A stretch of 33,389 nt of DNA from Limisphaerales bacterium (lineage in GTDB: Bacteria; Verrucomicrobiota; Verrucomicrobiia; Limisphaerales; SIBE01): positions 1-33,389 of the forward strand of contig JBGAIN010000087.1 of NCBI GenBank assembly GCA_044225505.1. Reading direction: 5' to 3'. Below the pieces are notes generated by a model. The model was not told the DNA's origin, did no database searches, and worked only from the letters and a program-made list of their open reading frames with translations. The position numbers and the translations under genes are program-made. Shown piece after piece: positions 9,432 to 19,386 of this stretch; position 1 is the stretch's first letter; every line of letters starts with the position of its first letter.

Positions 9432-10937
9432 ATGTCTCGAGCTATAATCGCTTATATTGTTTGTTTGCCTTTGGCCGTGCTGATTGGATTCATGCTGGCC
9501 ACGCCGACGGATATGAACAGCTTCGCGTTCATTCTGATGGCGTTTTCGGTATTAACCTTGCCGGTTATTTTGCGGCACCACCATTTCTTCCTGGCTCTAA
9601 CCTGGAACGCCGCCTTGATCGTCTTCTTCCTTCCCGGTGAGCCACCCCTCGGGTTGCTCATGGCCGGGTTGAGCTTGGGCATTGCCATTATCGAGCGCAC
9701 GATGCGTCGAAATCGGAAGTTTTTGTCCGTCCCATGCGTTACCTGGCCCTTGATTGTGCTCGGAATTGTGGTGGTAGCGACGGCTCAAATCACGGGTGGT
9801 ATCGGCGGTCGTGTGCTCGGTTCCGAAACCTGGGGTGCAAAGCGTTATTTAGGGGTGTTCACCGCGCTCCTGGGATATTTCGCGTTGACGGCGGAAGCGG
9901 TGCCAAAGGAAAAGGCGATGCTGTACATCGCGCTGTTCTTTCTTGGTGGAACTACTTCCGTGGTCAGCGACCTGGTCTACATGGCCGGTCCGCAGTTTTA
10001 CTTTATCTTCCTCCTGATTCGTAGCGATTACGCCGGTCTCCAAGCCGTGACGGCCGACACCCTGATGCGTTTGAGCGGTTTGGCCTTCGCTTGCAGCTGG
10101 GGCGTCTATTACCTCCTGGGCCGCCATGGCATCGAAGGGATCTTTGATCTGCGCGCACCGTGGCGCTTGGTGATGATGGTCTTCTGCGTGGGTGGAAGTT
10201 TGCTGGGAGGTTATCGTGGACTGCTGATTTTGCTGGCGCTCGTGATCGTGGCGCAATTCCTGGTGGAACGTGTCCATCGGAAACGGCTTGGCCCTGTGTT
10301 AATCTTCGCCACCCTGTTGATGACCGGGATTACCGTGGCGTTTGTCGATCGAATGCCGCTGGCTGTGCAGCGCGCGTTCAGCTTTTTGCCTTTGGATCGT
10401 CTGGATCCCTCCGCTCGTATGGACGCGCTCGGTACGCTCGACTGGCGGTTGAGCATGTGGAAAATCCTCGTTCCTGAGATCCCCAAATATCTGATTGTGG
10501 GCAAGGGCTATGGGTTTAGTGGCACCGACTATTATTTGACACAGGAAGCCATGCGCCACGGCATGTACTCGTCCTACGAAGACACCCTGGTGAGCGGTAA
10601 TTATCACAATGGCATTCTGACATTGCTCATACCGTTCGGCATTTTTGGTTTTACCGCGTTTATTTGGTTCTGTGGTTCGTCTCTTTGGGTATTGTCACGG
10701 AATTTGAGGTATGGAGATCCAGGTTTAAGAACGATCAACACGTTCTTGATGGCTCTTTTCGGAGCGCGCTTGCTGTTCTACCTGATTTTCTACGGACAGT
10801 TCGACTTGGATTTCGCCTACTTTACAGGTGCCGTCGGGTTGAGTGTCACCCTGAACGGTGGAGTCGCGGTGCCCGTTGAGGAGCCAGACCTGGCGCCCGC
10901 ACTCATCTCTACCCCTCGGCTCGCTCCCATCACGTAG
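9432..10937 (+). CDS. O-antigen ligase / Wzy-like polytopic membrane protein
   Basis: More than 10 TM segments; GGYRG, R-x2-MW...GKGYG periplasmic loop and YHNG-x7-FGIFG, typical of the WaaL/Wzy_C family. Confidence 0.8.
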   Translation: MSRAIIAYIVCLPLAVLIGFMLATPTDMNSFAFILMAFSVLTLPVILRHHHFFLALTWNAALIVFFLPGEPPLGLLMAGLSLGIAIIERTMRRNRKFLSVPCVTWPLIVLGIVVVATAQITGGIGGRVLGSETWGAKRYLGVFTALLGYFALTAEAVPKEKAMLYIALFFLGGTTSVVSDLVYMAGPQFYFIFLLIRSDYAGLQAVTADTLMRLSGLAFACSWGVYYLLGRHGIEGIFDLRAPWRLVMMVFCVGGSLLGGYRGLLILLALVIVAQFLVERVHRKRLGPVLIFATLLMTGITVAFVDRMPLAVQRAFSFLPLDRLDPSARMDALGTLDWRLSMWKILVPEIPKYLIVGKGYGFSGTDYYLTQEAMRHGMYSSYEDTLVSGNYHNGILTLLIPFGIFGFTAFIWFCGSSLWVLSRNLRYGDPGLRTINTFLMALFGARLLFYLIFYGQFDLDFAYFTGAVGLSVTLNGGVAVPVEEPDLAPALISTPRLAPIT

Positions 10938-10964
10938 GTGTGCGCCCGGGCGACGCTACTCCGT

Positions 10965-11711
10965 ATGGAATCGATCGATACGTTGAAGTTAGCACGGATC
11001 GACAGCAATTCGGAACTCCCAGAGTGCCTTTGCGTCGTCGTCCCTGTTTACAACGAAGCCACGACGATCGCCAAGCTGATCAAGCTCGTCGCGTCCCAAA
11101 AGCCAGTTAAGGAATTGATCGTCGTCGACGATCGTTCCACCGATAACACCTGGTCTGTTCTCCAAGGTTTGGCCGCCCAGGACAGTCGACTGCGCTTGTT
11201 CCGGCACGAAGTGAATCAAGGCAAAGGAGCTGCCCTGCGAACCGGCTTCGCGCAGGCCACTGCTCCGATTGTGATCATTCAGGATGCGGATTTGGAGTAT
11301 GATCCAGCCGAGTATTATCTGTTGCTCAAGCCGATTTTGATGGACCAGGCCGATGTGGTCTTTGGGTCACGCTTTCTCGGACACGGTCCGCATCGCGTGC
11401 TCTACTATTGGCATTCGCTGGGGAACAAGGCTCTGACCACCCTGTCCAACATGGTAACGGGGTTAAACCTTACGGACATGGAGACGTGCTACAAAGTGTT
11501 CCGCCGCGAAGTGCTGCAGCAGATCAAGATTGAAGAGAATCGCTTCGGATTCGAACCCGAAATTACGGCAAAAGTGAGCAAACTCAAGGTTCGGATTTAC
11601 GAAGTGCCGATTTCTTACTACGGGCGAACTTACGACGAAGGTAAAAAGATCACGTGGCGTGATGGGTTTAGCGCGCTCCGCTGTATCCTCCGCTACGGCC
11701 TTTTCCGATGA
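10965..11711 (+). CDS. Glycosyltransferase family 2, polyprenol-phosphate glycosyltransferase (DPM1-like)
   Basis: [46 protein letters not shown] and [11 protein letters not shown] 10965 preferred over GTG 10938. Confidence 0.93.
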   Translation: MESIDTLKLARIDSNSELPECLCVVVPVYNEATTIAKLIKLVASQKPVKELIVVDDRSTDNTWSVLQGLAAQDSRLRLFRHEVNQGKGAALRTGFAQATAPIVIIQDADLEYDPAEYYLLLKPILMDQADVVFGSRFLGHGPHRVLYYWHSLGNKALTTLSNMVTGLNLTDMETCYKVFRREVLQQIKIEENRFGFEPEITAKVSKLKVRIYEVPISYYGRTYDEGKKITWRDGFSALRCILRYGLFR

Positions 11712-12427
11712 GCGTTTCGACTGTCCATCCAACCGACCAGGCGGAAGATTTCGAATTTGAAGCGCTCCAGCATGCCCGGAATTACCGCAACGCCCTGGTG
11801 CGAGAGTTTCAGCCCTACCTCCGCTCCCGGATCTTGGAGGTCGGCGCTGGGGTTGGGCACATGACCGAAGTCCTTTTGAAAGTGCCGAGCGTCTCGGAGG
11901 TCGTGGCCATAGAGCCAGAACGCCGATATCACGATCGGCTGCGACAGATCTTGCCGGCCGCATCCGTCCGCGGAGGCAGCGCGCGAGATGTCCATGAAGA
12001 CCGTTGGAACGCCATCGTCTGCGTCAACGTTTTGGAACATATCGAAGATGACACCGGCGAACTGGCGGCCTTCTGCGGTCTTTTGCGCAAAGATCAAGGG
12101 CACCTCTGCCTCTTTGTCCCCGCTCGCCAGGAAATCTATGCTCCTATCGACCGCGACTTCGGACACTTTCGCCGTTATGCCAAACCCGCGTTGCGCGAGA
12201 AACTTCAAGATGCGGGCTTCGAAATCGTTCGCCTCAACTATTTCAATCTGATTGGTTATTTCCTTTGGTGGTTGAATTTCAAACTGCTCAAAACGCGACG
12301 GTTCGACCGATCGAAGGTGATCGTGTTTGATCGGTTCATCTTCCCGGTCGTGCATGCCGTTGAGTCCAACTTGATGTACCCGCCCCTGGGACAGAGTCTC
12401 CTGGTGGTCGCCAAGGCGCGACGGTGA
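11708..12427 (+). CDS. Class I SAM-dependent methyltransferase
   Basis: [19 protein letters not shown] and D-x2-[11 protein letters not shown] overlap with the GT2 stop codon (translational coupling). Confidence 0.9.
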   Translation: MSVSTVHPTDQAEDFEFEALQHARNYRNALVREFQPYLRSRILEVGAGVGHMTEVLLKVPSVSEVVAIEPERRYHDRLRQILPAASVRGGSARDVHEDRWNAIVCVNVLEHIEDDTGELAAFCGLLRKDQGHLCLFVPARQEIYAPIDRDFGHFRRYAKPALREKLQDAGFEIVRLNYFNLIGYFLWWLNFKLLKTRRFDRSKVIVFDRFIFPVVHAVESNLMYPPLGQSLLVVAKARR

Positions 12428-12439
12428 GACGGCCTTGGG

Positions 12440-12479
12440 GGCGCCACTTAATCCGGGACTGGCCGGAGGCGCCGCTTTT
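12440..12479 (+). terminator. Possible weak intra-operon terminator or stem-loop
   Basis: GGCGCC-acttaa-TCCGG-gactgg-CCGGA-GGCGCC followed by gcTTTT; stem is bulged and the U-tract is short. Confidence 0.3.
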
Positions 12480-12532
12480 ATCGACTCTGGCGCGGGCAGA
12501 ACAACCGGCATCATACCAGGCAACACCGTATC

Positions 12533-14818
12533 ATGTTCGATAACCTAAAAAGGCCGGGACTCGCGTGGTTTTGCATCGCCAACGTTTTACTCGCCACTTT
12601 CGTTTTCCGCGGAGCGATTTGGGGGGCGAGCTTGCTCGCTCCCATCGATGTCGCGCCTGCATGTTTCGAGCACTATCGCTTTGTAGACCCCACAAACTCT
12701 GGCGTCCTCAAAGCAAACGCGCAATTCGATCAAGTGGTTTATGACCTGCCGCTCCAGCACGGAATTTACCAATCCTATCGGCAAGGAGTCATTCCCTGGT
12801 GGGACCCGTACGGTTTTGCGGGCAGACCGCTTTTGGCGGACGCGCACATCAACGGAACCGACCCGATTCGGTTGATCGCCTACGCACTCTTACCGTTCGA
12901 GCTCGCTTACAATTGGACTCTCATTGCGCACTTTTTTGCCGCTGGCCTGGCCATGTGGATGTTACTGAGCCATTGGCAATTCTCGCGCTGGACCTGCCTT
13001 GGACTGGCTTTAGCCTACGAGTTCGCTGGATCTGCGACTTTCTTCTTTGGATTCCCTTGGGTGCTCGGCTCGTTTCTTTATTACCCGATCCTCTGGATGG
13101 CTTGGGATGGAGCGCTGCAAACACGGCGTCCAGGGTGGTGGGTGGTCGCCTCTATGGCGTTGGCGGGCATTTTCTACTCGGGCAATCTGCAATCCCATGC
13201 CTATGTCGTCTTGATGGCATCGGCGTTTGCCGTTGGCGCGGCGGGTTGGTCCTGGTCCGAATGGCGTCGAACTTTGGTGATCCTTGCCTTCACGGGAGTA
13301 ACAGGCGCTCTTTTGGCCGCGCCGGTGCTCCTCAATCAGTTGGAGTTTTTTCTCAACGGTGTCCGCGGTGTCAAACCTGCGATCAGTCCGCGTGTGGCGT
13401 TTGCCGGTCTTGCGTCGTTGACGTCAATTTATCCTTGGATGCTTGGAGATTTCCGCACGCTGGATTTGCGCAGTGCCTTTTTTCAACCGCTCGGCTTTGG
13501 ACAGAACTACGGCTTAGGCTTTCACACTTACATTGGTTCAGCTGGTTTGGTCTTGGCAAGCCTGGGCGCTTGGAACCGGCGATTGCATCCAGAGCGCGCT
13601 CGGGTGCGTCGCACGGCCCTCGCGTTGATCGTTCTGTTTTTAGTCGTGATTTCATCGCCTTTAATCGCGGTGTTCTACACCCGGTGCTCCGGATTGTTCG
13701 TGCTTGGCGCTATTGTTCTGGCGGCGGCCGGGTTGGAGTGGCTGACGCAAAGTCGCGAGAAGCTGCGCAAGGCAGGCTGGACGATTGCGATCGGCGCAAT
13801 CTTGATTGCAATCGCCACCAACACCGGCGCACTTCTGATTTACCCTCGCGTCGTCGCAAAAGTCCGCCAAATGTTGGACCGCCGGGAAAGCGCCAATGCT
13901 CCCGGCGCCATCTTCAAGATGCCGCCGACCTACCGCGCGTTTCAGATCGACAATCTCCCCAGTGAAATCTCGTTCCAGAATCCTGAGACAGCCATCGCTT
14001 TCCTGAGCCTTCTTGGCGTGGCGGGTTTTTTCCTGCGTCCATCGTGGCGTCTTCATCCGGCAACAGTGCCAGCGTTGTTAGCGCTGAACTTGATTCCTGC
14101 CGTCCTCTTTTGTGCGCGGTTTGTTCCGAGGGAACCTGTGGCTTCGTGGCATCGCCTGCGCAACGGGGGCCCAGACCAGCAGACCGCCATGCGCGCGCTG
14201 GGCGAGAGCCGTCTTCGTTTATTGGAGACGGCCACTGCTCATAATGATTTTCTATTTCCTGACGCTCTGCAGCATTTGTATCGAGTCCAGACGGTGCATG
14301 GCTATTCCGCCCTGGTCCCCTCAAGCATTCAAACTCTCTCCTTGGCCAAGGATCCTCAATGGCGTTCGAAAGTTGCGGACTATGTTTACACAACCAACAA
14401 TCTGGAGGCAATCGAGGCCATTCACCCCGTCCGATTCCAGTGGGAGACGGCCAACGAGAGAACCTTGAAAGTGGATCAGAAATCGCTCAACCAGGTCGTT
14501 GTCGAGATGGGCTCAGGCGCTGCCGCCTCACTCTTGTGGACGGACACGCGCTTCCCCGGGTGGAGCGCGGACATTGATCATCAGCCCGTGCCACTGCATC
14601 GCGCGGAGCCTTGCTTCAGCCGAATCGACGTCCCGGCCAACGCCAGGACATTGACGCTCACTTACCGGCCTCGTTACTTGTATTGGGGCTTAGCCCTGGC
14701 CTCTCTCGGAGCCCTGGGCCTCGGGGTGGTTATGCTCACTGCCTCCCGTTGGTCGCCTCGGCCAGACGCCACGGAGATTCGTGCCGAGTCGCGTTCGTCT
14801 TATGCGCGTCGCGATTGA
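12533..14818 (+). CDS. YfhO-like polytopic membrane glycosyltransferase (GT-C fold)
   Basis: GVIPWWDPYGFAGRPLLAD, HFFAAGLAMWML, YIG motif, many TM helices, and C-terminal DTRFPGWSADID...LTLTYRP + final TM, characteristic of YfhO. Confidence 0.8.
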   Translation: MFDNLKRPGLAWFCIANVLLATFVFRGAIWGASLLAPIDVAPACFEHYRFVDPTNSGVLKANAQFDQVVYDLPLQHGIYQSYRQGVIPWWDPYGFAGRPLLADAHINGTDPIRLIAYALLPFELAYNWTLIAHFFAAGLAMWMLLSHWQFSRWTCLGLALAYEFAGSATFFFGFPWVLGSFLYYPILWMAWDGALQTRRPGWWVVASMALAGIFYSGNLQSHAYVVLMASAFAVGAAGWSWSEWRRTLVILAFTGVTGALLAAPVLLNQLEFFLNGVRGVKPAISPRVAFAGLASLTSIYPWMLGDFRTLDLRSAFFQPLGFGQNYGLGFHTYIGSAGLVLASLGAWNRRLHPERARVRRTALALIVLFLVVISSPLIAVFYTRCSGLFVLGAIVLAAAGLEWLTQSREKLRKAGWTIAIGAILIAIATNTGALLIYPRVVAKVRQMLDRRESANAPGAIFKMPPTYRAFQIDNLPSEISFQNPETAIAFLSLLGVAGFFLRPSWRLHPATVPALLALNLIPAVLFCARFVPREPVASWHRLRNGGPDQQTAMRALGESRLRLLETATAHNDFLFPDALQHLYRVQTVHGYSALVPSSIQTLSLAKDPQWRSKVADYVYTTNNLEAIEAIHPVRFQWETANERTLKVDQKSLNQVVVEMGSGAAASLLWTDTRFPGWSADIDHQPVPLHRAEPCFSRIDVPANARTLTLTYRPRYLYWGLALASLGALGLGVVMLTASRWSPRPDATEIRAESRSSYARRD

Positions 14819-15869
14819 CACCAACGGGCTCTATACCGGGCAAGCCGGCACCGCGCGCCATATCCGGGGCTTCCTGCACGGGCTGAAAAAGATTTCGCCG
14901 GCCCTGCAGTACTTTCCGCTGGCCTGGGAAGTCGAGAATCTCCAGTACCGCCAGCCAACTCGGACGCTGAAGACAGCATATCGCGAGTTGATCTGGGCAA
15001 AGTTCGTCGCGCCTGGGGCGTTGGTGCGTCAACGGGCGGATCTCTATCACATCACGGGGAGCCACATGGTAGATCCGCCCCGCTCGATGAAACAAGTTGT
15101 CACGCTTTACGATTTAGGAGTGTTGCAGCACCCCGAGCGGTTCCGAAAGTGGCATCGCTGGTCCGAGACCCGGCGGTTGGCCAAGCTCATCCACGTCGAT
15201 CGCATTCTCTGCATCAGCCAGTTCACGGCGGACGAAGCCATGCGGACGCTCGCGATACCCGCCAGCAAGTTGGAGGTTGTCTATTGCGGCTGCAACTTCC
15301 ATCCGAGCGAAACCCCGCCACCCGAGGAAAAGCCGTCGTTTGAAGTCCCACCTGAATTCTTCCTGTTTGTGGGATCGCTGGAACCGGGCAAGAACCTCGC
15401 GCTTATTCGGGAAGTTTACGAACTGGCCGAAGCACGCGGCGAAACACTGCCCCCATTGCTGGTCATGGGAGTGCGCTGGGCAGGAGTGACTGGCGAAGGC
15501 AAACCACCCGTGGGCTGGACGTACCTCGGCCGCCAGTCGGACGGGGTGTTGCAGTACCTATATCGGCGGGCGCTGGCACTCGTGTTTCCCAGCAAATATG
15601 AAGGGTTCGGGCTTCCGGTCGCTGAAGCGATGGCCCTGGGTTGCCCCGTCGTTTGCTCGCGCGTGGCGAGCATTCCCGAAGTGGGCGGTGATGCTGCCTT
15701 ATACGCGGATCTCACCCCTCCCGCGTATCTTGAGGCTCTCCAGCGAGTCGACCAGAACCGGGCCTTCCGAGAGGAGCTAGTCGTCCGAGGAGTGGAACAG
15801 GCCAGCCACTTCTCCTGGACTCGTTGCGCCCGAGAAACAGTGGAGGCCTACCGGCAGGTTTGCGGTTAG
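14802..15869 (+). CDS. Glycosyltransferase family 4 (mannosyltransferase-like, MtfB/WbpY type)
   Basis: MRVAID start overlapping the YfhO-like 3' end; VVTLYDL, ISQFTADE, VGSLEPGKNL and FPSKYEGFGLPVAEAMALGCPV. Confidence 0.93.
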   Translation: MRVAIDTNGLYTGQAGTARHIRGFLHGLKKISPALQYFPLAWEVENLQYRQPTRTLKTAYRELIWAKFVAPGALVRQRADLYHITGSHMVDPPRSMKQVVTLYDLGVLQHPERFRKWHRWSETRRLAKLIHVDRILCISQFTADEAMRTLAIPASKLEVVYCGCNFHPSETPPPEEKPSFEVPPEFFLFVGSLEPGKNLALIREVYELAEARGETLPPLLVMGVRWAGVTGEGKPPVGWTYLGRQSDGVLQYLYRRALALVFPSKYEGFGLPVAEAMALGCPVVCSRVASIPEVGGDAALYADLTPPAYLEALQRVDQNRAFREELVVRGVEQASHFSWTRCARETVEAYRQVCG

Positions 15870-16023
15870 CACGGCCACGGAGCGTTCGCGCGCCAGGCCC
15901 AAGCGATTGGGCGGAGCGGCCATTCCTTGCGCCCACGCTTTCATCGGCCGTGGACCGCCCGGATTCCGGAGGCCCACGAGGACGAGAGCCTAACAACGGC
16001 GGGGGAGCGATTTTCCCTGAGCC

Positions 16024-16824
16024 TTGAGTCAGGAGTTTACATCCAGAGCCCAGCCCATAAGATCAAGCGGAGTGACTGCCAGTTTGAAGAAAATCCTCAA
16101 AAAGATTCTTTACCGGCTGGGTTACGAACTCTACGGAGTTCCTCAGCAATGGAAAGGGGATGCGGCTATCCCTGACCTCTCCTTTTACCGGCCGTTTTTC
16201 AGTCCGTGGCTTGGTTACGGAGAGTTTGCCGCGCTTTACCAGGAAGCCGCGCCCTACACGCTAGTGCCGCCGGAACGCTGCTATGTTTTGTTCACGTTGG
16301 CGCGCCAGGCGCTAAGCGTGCCTGGGGACCTGGCCGAGTGCGGCGTTTACAAAGGCGGGACCGCCATTCTGTTAAGCCGAGTGGCTGGCCAGGCCGGCGC
16401 GTCCGACGCCAAGAAGTTACTCTTGTTCGATAGCTTCAAAGGAATGCAAGTGACCGATCCAGATCGAGATCTCCATCAACCCGGGCATTTCGCGGACACG
16501 TCCCTAGAAGCGGTGCAGCAGCGCGTCCGTGGGTTTAACGGAGTCGAGTTTCATCCCGGCTGGATTCCAGAGAGCTTTCGCGGCCAGGAGCAGCGGCGAT
16601 TCTCGTTCGCGCACATCGATGTGGACCTTTACCAATCCATTTTGGACTGCTGCGAGTTTATCTATCCGCGACTTTCTCCGGGCGGGTTTATGGTCTTTGA
16701 CGATTATGGCCTGCCGTCCTGTCCCGGTGCGCGCCAGGCTGTCGACTCGTTCTTCCGCAACCGGCCGGAAGTTCCCTTAGTGCTTTCCAACGGGCAAGCC
16801 GTAGTCTTTAAAGGATGTGCTTGA
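16024..16824 (+). CDS. TylF/MycF/NovP-family sugar O-methyltransferase
   Basis: VPGDLAECGVYKGG, LFDSFKGM, HIDVDLY and LSPGGFMVFDDYG...GARQAVD. True start may be GTG 16072. Confidence 0.9.
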   Translation: MSQEFTSRAQPIRSSGVTASLKKILKKILYRLGYELYGVPQQWKGDAAIPDLSFYRPFFSPWLGYGEFAALYQEAAPYTLVPPERCYVLFTLARQALSVPGDLAECGVYKGGTAILLSRVAGQAGASDAKKLLLFDSFKGMQVTDPDRDLHQPGHFADTSLEAVQQRVRGFNGVEFHPGWIPESFRGQEQRRFSFAHIDVDLYQSILDCCEFIYPRLSPGGFMVFDDYGLPSCPGARQAVDSFFRNRPEVPLVLSNGQAVVFKGCA

Positions 16825-16894
16825 AGGAACGACTCTTGAGGAAGGGTGGATCGAGAAGCGCCAGTCGTGGTGAAATTCTCAGGTAGCCGACGGC

Positions 16895-17881
16895 ATGAAA
16901 CCGAAGCTGTTGGTTTTCGAGTTGTGGCGTGTCGGCGACTTGGCCATCGCGTCTCCATTTATCCGGTCTGCCACCGAACAATACGACGTCACTGTGCTCG
17001 CACAATCGGTGGCAGGAGTTTTTCAAAAGCGCTTTTGGCCTGATGCGCAATTGGTCGAGTTTACTGCTCCTTGGACGACATTTTACGGAAAGTACCGTTT
17101 ATTGACCTGGCCCTGGCGGCAGTTGTATGCGGTCGTGAATCGCCTTCGACGCGAACGATTCGATTTTGCCGTATCTGCGCGATGGGACGTGCGAGAGCAC
17201 TTACTCCTGCGGCTTACCGGCGCTCGCGAGAGGCTTGGCTATCCCAATCGTGGAAGTCGTCTGATCCTGACCCGTCCGTTGAACAGGCTGGGGAAGCTGG
17301 CCCACCGCTACGAAGACTGGTGGGTAGCCGCACAAGCGCTCGGCCTGAACCTTCCTTCCCGGGCCAAGTTACCGCTCCCCCCTGCGCGGACCGCGCGCAC
17401 GGCGCTGATCCATACAGGAGCCGCGCTCCCCGTCCGCGTTTGGCCTCTGGAACGATATCGCAATTTGATTCTCTGGCTGCGCAAGCGCGGGTTTACGGTG
17501 CAAGTGCTCTGTGATGCCGCACAGCGAGATTGGTGGCTCAAACGGGGTGAAAGCGGCGTGCTCGTGCCGAACACTTTGGAACAATTACTCACGGTCATCG
17601 ATCAGCACAGTATTCTTATTGGAAACGATTCCGGTCCAGGGCACCTGGCGGCGCTTCTGGGCGTGCCGACGTTCACGTTTTTCGGCCCTCAACTGTCCGA
17701 GTGGTTTGCCCCGCTCCATCCGGCCGCGCAATGGATTGACGGAAAACCATGCCCGTTCAAACAGTGCTTCGACTACTGCCGCTACCCTACGCCCCACTGC
17801 ATTCAGAATATTACGGAGGAAGAAGCTCGCGAACGGTTGCATGGTTTCTTGAACAGCCTGTTTGGTGCAGTAAACGGATGA
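16895..17881 (+). CDS. Glycosyltransferase family 9 (heptosyltransferase-like)
   Basis: VGDLAIASP, IHTGA...RVWPLERY, IGNDSGPGHLAALLGVPTFTFFGP and C-terminal CPFKQC...C...C. Confidence 0.92.
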   Translation: MKPKLLVFELWRVGDLAIASPFIRSATEQYDVTVLAQSVAGVFQKRFWPDAQLVEFTAPWTTFYGKYRLLTWPWRQLYAVVNRLRRERFDFAVSARWDVREHLLLRLTGARERLGYPNRGSRLILTRPLNRLGKLAHRYEDWWVAAQALGLNLPSRAKLPLPPARTARTALIHTGAALPVRVWPLERYRNLILWLRKRGFTVQVLCDAAQRDWWLKRGESGVLVPNTLEQLLTVIDQHSILIGNDSGPGHLAALLGVPTFTFFGPQLSEWFAPLHPAAQWIDGKPCPFKQCFDYCRYPTPHCIQNITEEEARERLHGFLNSLFGAVNG

Positions 17882-17910
17882 ACGAACGAATCATCCAGGG
17901 ATCGCGCAGG

Positions 17911-17939
17911 TTGCGTTTCGATCGTACAATCGGTATACA
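17911..17939 (+). promoter_or_regulatory. Possible internal sigma70 promoter for the DUF362-ligase pair
   Basis: TTGCGT-N17-TATACA in an ~80 bp intergenic gap; TACAAT also present at 17925-17930. Confidence 0.35.
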
Positions 17940-17960
17940 ACAGAGCGAACGAACTGGATC

Positions 17961-19373
17961 ATGCGTGCTCCCGTTGCCAATTCCATCTCCGAGTTAGTTG
18001 CCGCCACAAAAGTGGCCGCTTTCTCGGGTCCGACGACCTATCGGGACGCGGGAGCCATCGCCAACCTCGTCCAGCGATCGTTGGATGCCCTGGCCTTACC
18101 ACCCGATTTTGTACGCCCCGGAGACCGCGTGATACTCAAGCCGAATTGGGTCAAGGAGCACGACGAACGCTTCCCGGGTGCCGACCGTTGGGAGCATGTT
18201 GTCACACACCCAGCGGTGATTGAGGCTGTGGTGCGTTGGACAGCGGCGCACCTGCGTGGCCAAGGTTCCATTGTGATCTGTGACGCTCCACAGACCGATT
18301 CGTCCTTCGCGGCTTTGAGGGAGTACTGCGGGTTGGACGCCATGTTGGAACGATGCCGAGCAGCGTTCCCTGGAACGCGCATTGAGCTGCTGGATTTGCG
18401 CCCAGAAGAATGGAAAGCGCTCGACGGCGTGGTGGTCGGCAAAACCACGTTGCCTGGAGATCCTTTAGGCAGTGCGCACGTGCGGTTGAACGAGGCGAGT
18501 GAATTTGTCGGGTTCGCCGGTCAAGGGAGACTCTACGGAGCATCTTACGATATGGCCGAGACGAACAACCATCATACCGGAGAACGCCATGAATACCTCC
18601 TCTGTGGCACCCCAATGGCCGCGGATGTTTTGATCAATCTGCCCAAGTTAAAGACGCATAAGAAAGTCGGAATCACCTGCGCCCTGAAGAACTTGGTCGG
18701 CATTAACGCGAATAAAAACTGGCTGCCCCATCATACCGAGGGCACTCCCGATCAGGGCGGAGATCAGTTTCCACGCGCCACGACCAAGGCGCGTCTCGAA
18801 CATGCCTGGATGGGAACGGCCAAACGTTGGCTCAAGGGGAACCCAGCGCTATCGCGCCTATTCGTCCCCATCAAGAAGGCGGGACGACTCGTGTTTGGCG
18901 ATACTCAGAAAGTGGTGCGCTCGGGCAATTGGCATGGCAATGACACTTGCTGGCGCATGGTGTTGGATTTGAATAAATGCCTTTTCTTTTTTGACGAGAC
19001 GGGCAAACCGCGGACCAAACCTCTCCGCTACCTCGCGGTCGTGGACGGCGTGATTGGCGGCGAAGGAAACGGGCCGATGGCGCCAGATCCCCGCCCGTGT
19101 GGCGTGATTATCGCCGGCCAACATCCGGTTGCTGTAGACTGCGTGGCGGCTACGCTCATGGGCTTCGACTGGCAAAAGATCTGGCTGCTCAAGAACAGTT
19201 TCGGGTTGCGAAAACTGAACTTTACTCCGTTCACGAGTGATGCCATCGAGGTCATCTCGGATCAACCCCAGTGGGCTGGCAAACTGGATCAGATGGAATC
19301 GACGTTTGGGTTTAAGCCGCATTTCGGCTGGGTGGGTGCGATTGAGCGCCATCGCAAATCGCTCACGGCTTGA
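17961..19373 (+). CDS. DUF362 domain-containing protein
   Basis: GDRVILKPNWV, VTHPAVI, ADVLINLPKLKTHKKVGITCALKNLVG, VVDGVIGGEGNGP and PVAVDCVAATLMGFD. Confidence 0.87.
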   Translation: MRAPVANSISELVAATKVAAFSGPTTYRDAGAIANLVQRSLDALALPPDFVRPGDRVILKPNWVKEHDERFPGADRWEHVVTHPAVIEAVVRWTAAHLRGQGSIVICDAPQTDSSFAALREYCGLDAMLERCRAAFPGTRIELLDLRPEEWKALDGVVVGKTTLPGDPLGSAHVRLNEASEFVGFAGQGRLYGASYDMAETNNHHTGERHEYLLCGTPMAADVLINLPKLKTHKKVGITCALKNLVGINANKNWLPHHTEGTPDQGGDQFPRATTKARLEHAWMGTAKRWLKGNPALSRLFVPIKKAGRLVFGDTQKVVRSGNWHGNDTCWRMVLDLNKCLFFFDETGKPRTKPLRYLAVVDGVIGGEGNGPMAPDPRPCGVIIAGQHPVAVDCVAATLMGFDWQKIWLLKNSFGLRKLNFTPFTSDAIEVISDQPQWAGKLDQMESTFGFKPHFGWVGAIERHRKSLTA

Positions 19374-19386
19374 CTCCAGTCCAGCC

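Noticed and set aside
11693..12526. 277 aa antisense ORF over the methyltransferase, and many similar antisense ORFs (e.g. 151-720, 862-1647, 2244-2930, 3018-3719, 23094-23705, 28452-29072)
   Set aside because: They mirror real genes on the opposite strand and show no recognisable domains; expected from codon bias in GC-rich DNA.
12799..13965. 388 aa alternative-frame ORF inside the YfhO-like gene
   Set aside because: Arg/Gly/Ser-rich with no motifs, and fully nested in a well-supported gene; a typical high-GC shadow ORF.
19237..19386. Extended N-terminus of the CapK-like ORF (likewise 3786-3815, 20874-20960 and 29200-29316 for other genes)
   Set aside because: These extensions overlap upstream genes or promoters, or precede the signal peptide or family N-terminus; downstream ATGs fit better.
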